Shown here piece by piece: positions 1 to 8,595 of a DNA stretch of 22,786 bases (its first letter is position 1; each line of letters opens with the position of its first letter). The stretch is from Flavobacteriales bacterium (GTDB lineage Bacteria > Bacteroidota > Bacteroidia > Palsa-965): NCBI GenBank assembly GCA_040377305.1, contig JBEIPA010000046.1, forward strand, positions 1 to 22,786, in the 5' to 3' direction. The translations under genes were made by a program, and so were the position numbers. A model generated the notes under the pieces. The model had not been told where the DNA came from. It saw only the letters and a list, made by a program, of their open reading frames with translations, and searched no databases.

Positions 1-645
1 CCTAATTCCCAGGATACCGGATTGTATTATTCAATTAAGTCGCAGATCGCAAATCTCAATGGAGTCACACTTGCACCTTCAGGAACAATGGCTGGTATTT
101 ACGCTGCTGTTGACGCCAACCGTGGTGTTTGGAAAGCTCCTGCAAATGTTGGTGTTACGAATATCATCGGTCCAAATATTTCTGTTACAGAATCGCAGCA
201 AGCCGGCCTCAACGTCGACGCAACTTCCGGCAAATCCATAAACGCGATCCGCACATTTACCGGTCGCGGTACAATCGTATGGGGCGCACGTACGCTCGAA
301 GGCAACAGCAACGAGTGGCGTTATGTCCCAGTTCGTCGTTTGTTCATTATGGCGGAAGAGTCAATCAAGAAAGCCTCTGAATTTATTGTGTTCGAACCGA
401 ATGATGCGAACACATGGATTCGTCTGAAAGGAATGATTGGCAATTTCCTCAATGATCTTTGGAAACAAGGTGCACTTGCTGGAAGTAAACCAGAGCAAGC
501 CTACTTTGTTCGTGTTGGTCTTGGTGAAACAATGACCGCTCAGGATATTCTTGAAGGACGTTGCATCATCACCATCGGTATGGCTGCAGTTCGCCCGGCG
601 GAATTCATCATCCTCCAGTTCATGCACAAGCTCCAGGAAGCTTAA
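1..645 (+). CDS. Contractile injection system sheath protein (Afp2/3/4-like, phage tail sheath C-terminal domain), 5'-partial
   Basis: Frame 1 is open from base 1, so the gene starts upstream of the window and the TTG at 22 is not the real start. Typical sheath C-terminal motifs are present: PSGTMAGIYAAVD..RGVWKAPAN, INAIR.F.GRG..VWGARTL, WRYVPVRRLF, FEPND..TW, G.A.VRPAEFIIL. Confidence 0.96.
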   Translation, partial: PNSQDTGLYYSIKSQIANLNGVTLAPSGTMAGIYAAVDANRGVWKAPANVGVTNIIGPNISVTESQQAGLNVDATSGKSINAIRTFTGRGTIVWGARTLEGNSNEWRYVPVRRLFIMAEESIKKASEFIVFEPNDANTWIRLKGMIGNFLNDLWKQGALAGSKPEQAYFVRVGLGETMTAQDILEGRCIITIGMAAVRPAEFIILQFMHKLQEA

Positions 646-696
646 TCAAAAGAAAATTTAAAACTGAATCACTAACAACACAAAAACAAAATAGCA

Positions 697-1137
697 ATGG
701 CAACAGAAACTTATCCAGTTCCCGTATTTCATTTCCAGGTTGATTGGGAAGGTACACGCATCGGATTCACAGAAGTATCCGGTCTTACTTCAGAAGTACA
801 ACCGATCGAATACCGTGAAGGTAACGATCCAACGTACCACGTTTTGAAAATGTCGGGAATGCGCAAGTTCAATAATATCACATTGAAGCGCGGACAATTC
901 CGTGGTGACAATGAATTCTGGCTCTGGTTGAACACGGTGTCACTCAACAAACCTGAGCGTCGCACAATTTCAATCAAACTTCTTGACGAATCGCACAACC
1001 CGATTTTCACGTGGACAGTTTACAACGCATGGCCATGTAAAATTGATGGTCCTTCATTCAAGTCAACAGGAAATGAAGTTTCGACAGAGAGTATCGAACT
1101 CTGCTGCGAATCATGGGAACTTGCTGCATCCGCATAA
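697..1137 (+). CDS. Inner tube protein (Afp1-like, T4 gp19 family)
   Basis: 146 aa with YPVPVFHFQVDW, GFTEVSGL, IEYREG, ITLKRG, W..YNAWP.KI.GP and E.IEL motifs; directly follows the sheath gene. Confidence 0.95.
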   Translation: MATETYPVPVFHFQVDWEGTRIGFTEVSGLTSEVQPIEYREGNDPTYHVLKMSGMRKFNNITLKRGQFRGDNEFWLWLNTVSLNKPERRTISIKLLDESHNPIFTWTVYNAWPCKIDGPSFKSTGNEVSTESIELCCESWELAASA

Positions 1138-1157
1138 TTTATAACCGCCGCTGAACA

Positions 1158-1628
1158 ATGGCATTACAGAAATATCCACCAGTAAGTTTCTACTTCAAAG
1201 TAGAGATCGACGGATTTCCGGACGACATCGGCTTTCAAAGCGTCGAAGGTCTCAGTGTGAAATTCGATGAAGACACGCATGCGGAAGGTGGTGAGAATAC
1301 ATTCACTCACCATTTTCCAAAGCGCGCATCATACGGCGATCTCACTTTGAAACGCGGAACGCTGATCGGCTCTGCGATGATTGCATGGTTCAATGATGCG
1401 GTGCAGAATTTCAACTTTGACCCGAGGGATGTTACGGTCACACTGCAAACTGCAGAAGGAACTCCGCTGGATCAATGGCTGTTCCGAAACGCATGGCCGA
1501 AGTCCTGGAACATCGACAGTCTCGATTCAACGAATAATAAAATATCCGCTGAAACGATCGCGCTCACGTATCAGTATTTCAACCGCGTAGGAATGCCTGC
1601 ACGAGATCAATCAGCAGCTGATATCTAA
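1158..1628 (+). CDS. Second tube protein (Afp5-like, gp19 family)
   Basis: 156 aa paralogue of the preceding gene: YPPVSFYFKV, FQSVEGL, EGGEN, LTLKRG, W.F.NAWP..W, ETI.L.Y. Confidence 0.93.
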   Translation: MALQKYPPVSFYFKVEIDGFPDDIGFQSVEGLSVKFDEDTHAEGGENTFTHHFPKRASYGDLTLKRGTLIGSAMIAWFNDAVQNFNFDPRDVTVTLQTAEGTPLDQWLFRNAWPKSWNIDSLDSTNNKISAETIALTYQYFNRVGMPARDQSAADI

Positions 1629-1633
1629 ACAAC

Positions 1634-1801
1634 ATGCCAATAGAAGTAAAGGAATTAATCGTTCGCGCCTGGGTCGACTCACAGGCTTCCGCTGAAGGAG
1701 ATGCTCAGATGGTGGAGAAATCTGCAATGGAAATTCCTGAAACGCTTGGACAAGTATTGGAAGAATTGAAGAGAAAATTAACGGATAAGAAGGACAGATA
1801 A
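1634..1801 (+). CDS. Small Afp6-like plug protein (DUF5908-like), 55 aa
   Basis: Read directly from the sequence: ATG at 1634, TAA at 1799-1801, MPIEVKELIVRAWVDSQASAEGDAQMVEKSAMEIPETLGQVLEELKRKLTDKKDR. The MPIE(I/V)xELxxRA start, C-terminal charged helix and position between tube 2 and the LysM gene match Afp6-type genes. It fills the gap exactly (5 nt after the upstream stop, 1 nt before the next ATG). Confidence 0.88.
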   Translation: MPIEVKELIVRAWVDSQASAEGDAQMVEKSAMEIPETLGQVLEELKRKLTDKKDR

Positions 1802-1802
1802 G

Positions 1803-2555
1803 ATGGCACTCATTCCTCTTCCTAGTGCGAATAAAGCGTTGGCAAAGCTGACGATAATACCGTTTCTGAATCAGAAACCGTATATCATTCCGGCAGGCGT
1901 TCCGTTTGTTGCCATGTATAATCCAACTACTTTCAATACACAACACAACCAGACTCTTGTTGATCTTGTCAAAAGTGATGGTATTGAAGCGACAACTGCA
2001 TTCAAACGAACGATCAATCAAACAATCAGCGTTCAACTCTTCCTTGATGCCACAGGAGCTTCCCCAGCTGGTGGCGTTGTTGGAGCGACTCTTAGTAAGG
2101 TAGCTAAAGCTGCAGGTAGTGTTGACCTCTTGGTTGCCAATTTTTTCCTAACCACGCAGTCACCTAATCCCAAAAGTCACAATCCAAATATCTTAAGGGT
2201 AATCTGGGGGGCTGGTTTGTTTCTTGAGTGTACGTTGCAGTCGGCAACAGTCTCATATACCCTGTTTGACAGACTAGGTCGGCCGTTGCGGGCCACCATC
2301 AACGCGACATTTCGTCAAATTAAAACGCCAACTGCAATTGCCAAAATCAAGAATTTCTTCTCTTCACCCGATGTAACAAAAACCTACACGGTTGTTGCAG
2401 GCGATACAATCTACAATCTCGCACAACGCGAGTATGGTGACGATTCATTCTATCGTCAGATTGCTGAATTCAACAACCTGACGAATTATCGCAAGTTGGT
2501 TCCAGGTCAATTGTTGTATTTCCCACCGGTTAACAAGGAGGAAGTTGTTGAATGA
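1803..2555 (+). CDS. Tube initiator / LysM-domain protein (Afp7-like)
   Basis: 250 aa; AMYNP, L.LDATG, P..LRVIWG, L.S..V.YTLFD..GRPLRA, then SSPDVTK and a C-terminal LysM (TYTVVAGDTIYNLAQREYGD...IA..N.L.....L.PGQ.LYFPP). Confidence 0.92.
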   Translation: MALIPLPSANKALAKLTIIPFLNQKPYIIPAGVPFVAMYNPTTFNTQHNQTLVDLVKSDGIEATTAFKRTINQTISVQLFLDATGASPAGGVVGATLSKVAKAAGSVDLLVANFFLTTQSPNPKSHNPNILRVIWGAGLFLECTLQSATVSYTLFDRLGRPLRATINATFRQIKTPTAIAKIKNFFSSPDVTKTYTVVAGDTIYNLAQREYGDDSFYRQIAEFNNLTNYRKLVPGQLLYFPPVNKEEVVE

Positions 2556-4321
2556 GTATTGCAACTCTCATACCTGGTCATGCCAAGCTTGGTAACCCGA
2601 CTTTCTCCGTGTTAGTCGGAGCAATCGATGTGACCGCGAAGTACGGTATTGTTTCCGTTATGGTACACAAGCAGGTAAATCGCGTATCGCTTGCTGAAGT
2701 TGTTTTGTACGATGGCTCTGCTTCTGAGCAAAAATTTGAACTCAGCAACAAAACAGATTTCATTCCCGGAGCAGAAGTAACAATCAAGGGTGGCTACGAG
2801 CAATCTGAGAAAGTTCTCTTCAAGGGAATTGTGGTGAAACATTCAATTAAGGCTCCATTGAACGGCGCTTCAACACTCATGCTCGAGTTGCGCGACAAGT
2901 GTGTGAAGATGACAATCAATCGCAAGAATAAATATTATTCGAACAAACTCGATAGTCAGATTATTACTACGCTCACTGGTGATGCCGGTGTTTCCGGAAC
3001 AGTGAATCCAACCACGGTAATGCACAAGGAAATGGTGCAGTATTATTCAACCGATTGGGACTTCATGTGTTCACGTGCAGAAGCAAACGGTTTGCTCGTG
3101 TTTGTAGAAGACGGCAAAGTGAATGTGAAGAAACCTTTGTTCACAGTTCTTCCAACATCACTCAATCTCACTTACGGAGACAATATGGTCGACTTCGAAG
3201 CAGAGATGGATGCACGTGACGAATACGGTGATGTTGTTGCAAAGAATTGGGATTACTCGAAACAAGAAGTTGGTGAGAAGAAAGCGACACCTCCAACCAT
3301 GCAAGAGGAAGGAAATATCACAGGGAAAAAAGAATCCGATGTATTGGGTGTAAGTGAGTTTTTGCTTCAGCATCCGGGGAAAGTGGAAGACGGTGAATTA
3401 ACTGCGTGGGCAAGTGCAAAATTGTTGCGCAGTCGCATGGCAAAGATTAAGGGGCGTGTGCGTATTTATGGAACCTACGCTGTAAAGCCGGGAGACATGA
3501 TTAAGCTGGGTGGTGTTGGCAATCGTTTCAACGGACCGGCATTTGTTTCTTCCGTTCTGCACAGCTACTCTGTGAACAGTACATGGTACACCGATATCAA
3601 CTTCGGTTTTTCTCAGGAGTGGTTCTATGAGAAGTATGAGAACATCGTTGATCGTCCCGCGAGCGGATTGCTTCCGGCTATCAATGGACTTGTAACAGGA
3701 ATTGTAACGGATATCGTTGACCAGGAAGGTGGTGAGTTCCGTGTTCGTGTTAGAATTCCGTTGATTGACAAGGGCGAAAAAGGTGTTTGGGCGAGAATTG
3801 TTTCAGCAGATGCAGGAAACGCGAGAGGTATTCTGATTCGTCCGGAGAAAGACGATGAGGTGATTATGGGATTTGTGAACGACGATCCTCGGGATCCCGT
3901 TATTCTCGGCATGCTTTACAGCAAGAAGAATAAAGTGCCTTCTGACCTTACTCCGGATAAGGACAACAAGATGAAGGGCTGGATAACGAAGAGCAAGATT
4001 AAGTTTCTGATTGACGACAAAAAGAAGATTGTCACGATAGAAACACCCGGAAAGAACAAAATAGTAATTGACGACGATAAGAAGTCAATCACGCTCGAAG
4101 ATCAGAACAAGAATAAAATTGTGATGGACGACAAAGGCGTGTTGATCGATACACCGAAGGATTTTGTGGTGAAAGCGAAAGGGAAGATTACGCTTGATGC
4201 AACGAAGGATCTATCAGCTTCTTCTAAATCAGGAAAAGCGGTGATTAAGGGAACCAGCAGTGCTGAACTCTCTGCATCCGGAACGACTACTATAAAAGGT
4301 GCAATGTTGAAACTGAATTAA
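2552..4321 (+). CDS. vgrG: VgrG-like spike protein (Afp8-like)
   Basis: 589 aa; gp27-like hub region (QYYSTDWDFMCSRAEANG), gp5 OB-fold (GIVT....D.EG..RVRVR.P, WAR, AG..RG....PE..DEV..GF...DPR.PVILG.LYS) and a C-terminal beta-repeat region. ATGA overlap with the upstream gene. Confidence 0.94.
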   Translation: MSIATLIPGHAKLGNPTFSVLVGAIDVTAKYGIVSVMVHKQVNRVSLAEVVLYDGSASEQKFELSNKTDFIPGAEVTIKGGYEQSEKVLFKGIVVKHSIKAPLNGASTLMLELRDKCVKMTINRKNKYYSNKLDSQIITTLTGDAGVSGTVNPTTVMHKEMVQYYSTDWDFMCSRAEANGLLVFVEDGKVNVKKPLFTVLPTSLNLTYGDNMVDFEAEMDARDEYGDVVAKNWDYSKQEVGEKKATPPTMQEEGNITGKKESDVLGVSEFLLQHPGKVEDGELTAWASAKLLRSRMAKIKGRVRIYGTYAVKPGDMIKLGGVGNRFNGPAFVSSVLHSYSVNSTWYTDINFGFSQEWFYEKYENIVDRPASGLLPAINGLVTGIVTDIVDQEGGEFRVRVRIPLIDKGEKGVWARIVSADAGNARGILIRPEKDDEVIMGFVNDDPRDPVILGMLYSKKNKVPSDLTPDKDNKMKGWITKSKIKFLIDDKKKIVTIETPGKNKIVIDDDKKSITLEDQNKNKIVMDDKGVLIDTPKDFVVKAKGKITLDATKDLSASSKSGKAVIKGTSSAELSASGTTTIKGAMLKLN

Positions 4322-4333
4322 AAGAAGAAACTT

Positions 4334-4615
4334 ATGCCGGCAGCAGCAAGATTAGGTGATACAACAACTCACGGTGGAACGGTAATCGGTCCGGGAGTTC
4401 CTACGGTATTGATTAAAGGTAAACCTGCGGCGGTGATGGGCGACAATCATGTCTGTTCAATTCCTCCAAGCCCAAGTGGACATCCAACTACAACTCCGTT
4501 TGTAAAAGGAAGCACAAAAGTGATGATCAATAACAAACCTGCGCTGCGTGCAGGAGATACTTGTGCATGCGGAGCTTCACCAGCAGTTGGAGAACCGACT
4601 GTGATGATCGGTTAA
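4334..4615 (+). CDS. PAAR-domain spike tip protein (Afp10-like)
   Basis: 93 aa; PAAARLGD..HGG, V.I.GKPAA..GD.H.C, GS..V.IN.KPALR.GD.C.CGA, V.IG; His/Cys ligands are present. Confidence 0.95.
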   Translation: MPAAARLGDTTTHGGTVIGPGVPTVLIKGKPAAVMGDNHVCSIPPSPSGHPTTTPFVKGSTKVMINNKPALRAGDTCACGASPAVGEPTVMIG

Positions 4616-4627
4616 AAGAATTAAGTC

Positions 4628-5062
4628 ATGGCTAACGAGAAAGAGTTACAGGAAATATTTGATACAGGAGGCTTCCTTGGCCAGGGATGGTCGTTCCCGC
4701 CTACGTTCACACGGGCAGGAAGTACATTGGAATTGGTGAAAGCTGTTGAAGACATTAAGCAAAGTCTTCATATTCTCCTTTCAACAACTTTAGGGGAGCG
4801 TGTCATGCGTTCCGACTTCGGCGCTAATCTGATGCAACAGGTGTTCGAGCCAATGGACGCTGCATTTAAGCCATTTGTTACTTCGATCATCAGCGATGCT
4901 ATAACGCTGTACGAACCACGAATAAATCTGGATACGGTTGATGTAGAAGTTGACAATGAGGAAGGGCGTATCGTCCTCACAATCAATTTTACTGTCATCT
5001 CCAGTAATTCAAGAGCAAATATTGTTTATCCGTACTACCTCACTGAGGGTACAAATGTTTAA
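4628..5062 (+). CDS. gp25/GPW-like baseplate wedge protein (Afp9-like)
   Basis: 144 aa; FLGQGWSFPPTF, DI.QSL.ILLST.LGERVMR.DFG, I..YEPRI, N.R.N.VYPYYL.EGT. Confidence 0.95.
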   Translation: MANEKELQEIFDTGGFLGQGWSFPPTFTRAGSTLELVKAVEDIKQSLHILLSTTLGERVMRSDFGANLMQQVFEPMDAAFKPFVTSIISDAITLYEPRINLDTVDVEVDNEEGRIVLTINFTVISSNSRANIVYPYYLTEGTNV

Positions 5063-5064
5063 TC

Positions 5065-8000
5065 ATGAGCGACAACTGCAACAATAAAAATATTCTGCAG
5101 CGCGACGGCACAAGCCAATCGCAGCGGTTGCTTGCGGCATTGCTTCCGTCGTACGTTTCAGTTGATGAAAGGAGCATGGATGACTTCCGTGCATTCGCGC
5201 AACAGTTTGCGACTGAGATTCAATATTACAATCTGGCAGATGCACGTGAAGGCGATTGGGTGGACTTTTTTACCAAGTCTATTTCAGACGATCAGAAGAA
5301 TGAACCGCACTATGCTTTGTTCATCGCATTGCTGGAGTTGTACAAAGTTGCGCAGGACGACATCAACACAATCACGAAGCGTCACCTCGATTACTACTAC
5401 CGCGAGATATTAAAGCTTGAAGAAAAGCCGGCGGTGCCTGATCAGGTGTTTATCATTTTCACTGCGGCCGAACAGCTTGCAAGCGCTTTAGTAGATAAGG
5501 GCAAGGAACTGGATGCAAAGAAGGATGCGGATGGTGTAGACCTTGTCTATAAAGCAGACAAGAATATCGTTGTCAATCACGGTTTAGTAACGGAATTGAA
5601 AAACGTTTTCATTAACCGTCCGCTTGATGATTCAATTAATCCACCTTTCCCTGATAATATTCCCGTTCTGCTTCCAGGCGATGATCCGTATGGAGTGAAT
5701 GGTGGTAACAACTGGAGAATTTATGCATCACCAAATGCGAATTCTTCTGATGGAATAGGAGGGGAGATTGAAACTGCTGAAAAGCGTTGGAGAATATTTG
5801 GCGCACCACAGCAAAATGAGGAACTGAAAGCGGATCGTCCGCAAGCTGATGTTGGGTTTGCTTTTGCGTCTCCACTTCTATTTCTTGCGGAAGGTCAACG
5901 AACCGTTACAGTTACAATTAATTTCAGCAGACCACGGATTTCAAATCCGAGAGCCCTGTCTTCACTCGCGACTGCGCTGCCTTCTTCGGCCGCATCAATG
6001 GATCTGAGTTTGCGTCTGCGAAGCATTCCTGTCGAAGAACACGAAGTGGCAATCGCGGAATTTGTTCTGGATGAACAAAACCGCGCTTTAGCGAATGCTT
6101 TCAAAATATATTTCAGCGGAGAAGAAAGCTGGATTGAGCCATCACAGATTAATCTGGTGCAGTACAGAACCAATGGCGATCTCGTGATTGAATGCACACT
6201 TGCAGAATCTCAAAAGGCAATTGTTGCATACAATGAGGAAGTGCTGTTGCAACCTATCCGTACGCAATGGCCGGTCATGAAGATCATGCTGAACACAGAT
6301 AGTCCTGTGACAGATTACATTTATCATGATCTGAATACCCGGAAAATATTCACGGCAGATCTTAAGGTGAATGTCATCGGAGTGAAAAATCTGATTATAC
6401 AGAATGACAACTCGCTGCTTTCTCCTGATCAACCCTTTGAACCATTCACAGGCCAGCCTGTTGTTGATTCATCTTTCTATATCGGAAGCAATGAAATATT
6501 TCAGAAGCAGCTCGATAAAGTTGATCTGAATATTACCTGGCATGCCCTTCCTGCAGATACTGCATTGTATCCGGATGGCTTTGGTAGTCTATATCAATAC
6601 TACTTACCGCACGGAGAAGCATTGCGTCGCCAGAATCGCAGCTTCAAAGTTAATGCGGCTATTCTTGACAAGCGGGTGTGGAAGAATGTGAACGGCGTAG
6701 GGAACTCGAATGGGTATGAGTTGTTCGAACCGGCTAACGGAGACACACTCGAGGACAATACAAAAACGATCACAATTCAAGGCACCCTCGGGATTGCTGG
6801 ACGTGATCCGAAAATGGAAGTAGTTGAAGAGTTGGGTACGGAAACGCAACGCGGGTTTCTTCGTTTATCTCTTCGCGATGTAGATTTTGGTCACGGCATT
6901 TTTCAAAATTCATACACGAAACAAGCGATTTGGAATGTCGCTAAGACGCAGAACCCTGGTCTTACAATCGATTCCGGTGGCGCACCACTTGGATTGCCTT
7001 CTGATCCATACACTCCGCAGATCAAAGAAATATCTGTCAATTACACTTCCGGTGAAACAATAAATCTGACTCCGCAAACTACAGAGTCGGCTGATGAGAA
7101 TAACTTCAATAAACGCGTTGAGCAGTTCTTCCATATTCTTCCGTTTGGAGTTGCAGAGAATCATCCGCATATTATTGAAACGGAAAAGGAAATTCCTCTG
7201 CTACCGCAATTCCCGGATGAAGGTTCTTTATACATAGGAGTTGCTGCACTTGATCCTCCGCAAGTTCTTTCTGTGCTCATGAAGGTGGCTGAAGGTAGTG
7301 CAAACCCGGACTATGCAAGGCAAACCGTAAAGTGGAGTTATTTGTATAACAACGAATGGTATTCGTTCACGCAACTGCAGATACTTTCGGATTCCTCCAA
7401 CGGATTGTTGACATCTGGCATTGTAACATTTGATTTACCAAAGGCATTCAACAACACGAACACAGCGCTTACAGAAGGTTTATATTGGTTGCGTGCCAGC
7501 GTCGAACATTATTCCGGAGCGGTTTGCGACTTAATCGCAGTTCAGGCACAGGCTGTAACGGCAACATTTGCTGATAATGGAAATGATCCGAATCACCTGC
7601 GGTTACCGCTTCCGGCCGAAACGATAACAGATTTCGTCAATGGCGACGCGGCGATTGAAACTATTGCACAACCGTTTGCTTCATTCGGTGGAAGTATCAA
7701 GGAGCAGAGCGAAGAATTCTACGTGCGCGTCAGCGAACGATTACGCCACAAAAATCGCGCGATCACAATCTGGGACTACGAACATCTCGTGCTGCAGCAA
7801 TTCCCTGCGATCTATAAGGTGAAGTGTCTCAATCACACGAGATACAACACGGTTACTGATATAAATGAATTGTCACCGGGGCACGTTTCGCTGGTGATCA
7901 TTTCAAACGTAAAGAATAAAAATGCGCTTGATCCTTTGAAGCCAAAGACCAGTCTGATAACACTTACTCAGATTGAAGAGTTTATTGACGCGATCAAACC

Positions 8001-8580
8001 ACCGTGCGCGCATTTGCATGTGCGTAATCCAATCTTCGAAGAAGTGCAGGTGGAATTTAATGTCAAGTTCAAGCCTGGATTTGATATTGGATTCTATGGC
8101 CAGCAGCTGAACGCAGAGATTAAACAATTCCTCGCTCCATGGACATACGGTACAAAGGACATTGTATTCGGCGGACGTCTGCACAAATCGGTTGTAATCA
8201 ATTTTGTGGAAGACAGGGAGTACGTTGATTATGTGACCTGTTTCAATATGCATCAGATTGTTCCGAAGGGACTGTTCATTGAACCGGAGACATTGAAAGA
8301 TATCGACGAAGCGGTAAGCACAACATCGGCGTCTATCCTAACTTCTGCACCTGCACATTTGATTACTGTGCTTGAAACAGAGGAGTGCGCGTGTGAAGAC
8401 AATCTTGTATTACAACCAATGCTTCCACCTCCGGTTGAATGTGAAGACTGCGATCACCACGAAGAGAAACCACTCACAGGAATCGGTGCTGATGAGATTA
8501 CCACAACATTTATCATTGGTCATGCACCAGCAGAAGGTGTTGACTTCTGGACCATTGAACAAACATTCGAAGTACAATAA
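5065..8580 (+). CDS. Large baseplate J/gp6-like protein (Afp11-like)
   Basis: 1171 aa; RDGTSQ.QR, PH.ALF, RHLDYYY..IL, GFAFASPLLFLAEG.R, F.PF...P...S.FYIG, SFGG...E....FY.RVSERLRHKNRAIT.WDYE.LVL..FP, V.NP.FE.V.V, I..FL.PW, YVDYV. Confidence 0.92.
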   Translation: MSDNCNNKNILQRDGTSQSQRLLAALLPSYVSVDERSMDDFRAFAQQFATEIQYYNLADAREGDWVDFFTKSISDDQKNEPHYALFIALLELYKVAQDDINTITKRHLDYYYREILKLEEKPAVPDQVFIIFTAAEQLASALVDKGKELDAKKDADGVDLVYKADKNIVVNHGLVTELKNVFINRPLDDSINPPFPDNIPVLLPGDDPYGVNGGNNWRIYASPNANSSDGIGGEIETAEKRWRIFGAPQQNEELKADRPQADVGFAFASPLLFLAEGQRTVTVTINFSRPRISNPRALSSLATALPSSAASMDLSLRLRSIPVEEHEVAIAEFVLDEQNRALANAFKIYFSGEESWIEPSQINLVQYRTNGDLVIECTLAESQKAIVAYNEEVLLQPIRTQWPVMKIMLNTDSPVTDYIYHDLNTRKIFTADLKVNVIGVKNLIIQNDNSLLSPDQPFEPFTGQPVVDSSFYIGSNEIFQKQLDKVDLNITWHALPADTALYPDGFGSLYQYYLPHGEALRRQNRSFKVNAAILDKRVWKNVNGVGNSNGYELFEPANGDTLEDNTKTITIQGTLGIAGRDPKMEVVEELGTETQRGFLRLSLRDVDFGHGIFQNSYTKQAIWNVAKTQNPGLTIDSGGAPLGLPSDPYTPQIKEISVNYTSGETINLTPQTTESADENNFNKRVEQFFHILPFGVAENHPHIIETEKEIPLLPQFPDEGSLYIGVAALDPPQVLSVLMKVAEGSANPDYARQTVKWSYLYNNEWYSFTQLQILSDSSNGLLTSGIVTFDLPKAFNNTNTALTEGLYWLRASVEHYSGAVCDLIAVQAQAVTATFADNGNDPNHLRLPLPAETITDFVNGDAAIETIAQPFASFGGSIKEQSEEFYVRVSERLRHKNRAITIWDYEHLVLQQFPAIYKVKCLNHTRYNTVTDINELSPGHVSLVIISNVKNKNALDPLKPKTSLITLTQIEEFIDAIKPPCAHLHVRNPIFEEVQVEFNVKFKPGFDIGFYGQQLNAEIKQFLAPWTYGTKDIVFGGRLHKSVVINFVEDREYVDYVTCFNMHQIVPKGLFIEPETLKDIDEAVSTTSASILTSAPAHLITVLETEECACEDNLVLQPMLPPPVECEDCDHHEEKPLTGIGADEITTTFIIGHAPAEGVDFWTIEQTFEVQ

Positions 8581-8595
8581 TTAAAAAATATTGCC

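Noticed and set aside
22-24. TTG start of the sheath gene given by the track
   Set aside because: The frame is open to base 1 and only the C-terminal part of a sheath protein is present.
1611-2036. 141-aa minus-strand ORF
   Set aside because: Antisense to the plug and LysM genes, which have clear motifs. The other short nested ORFs across 1-19863 were rejected on the same grounds.
3990-4200. Lys/Asp-rich repeats at the VgrG C-terminus
   Set aside because: These are the normal beta-helix repeats of the spike, not an effector extension.
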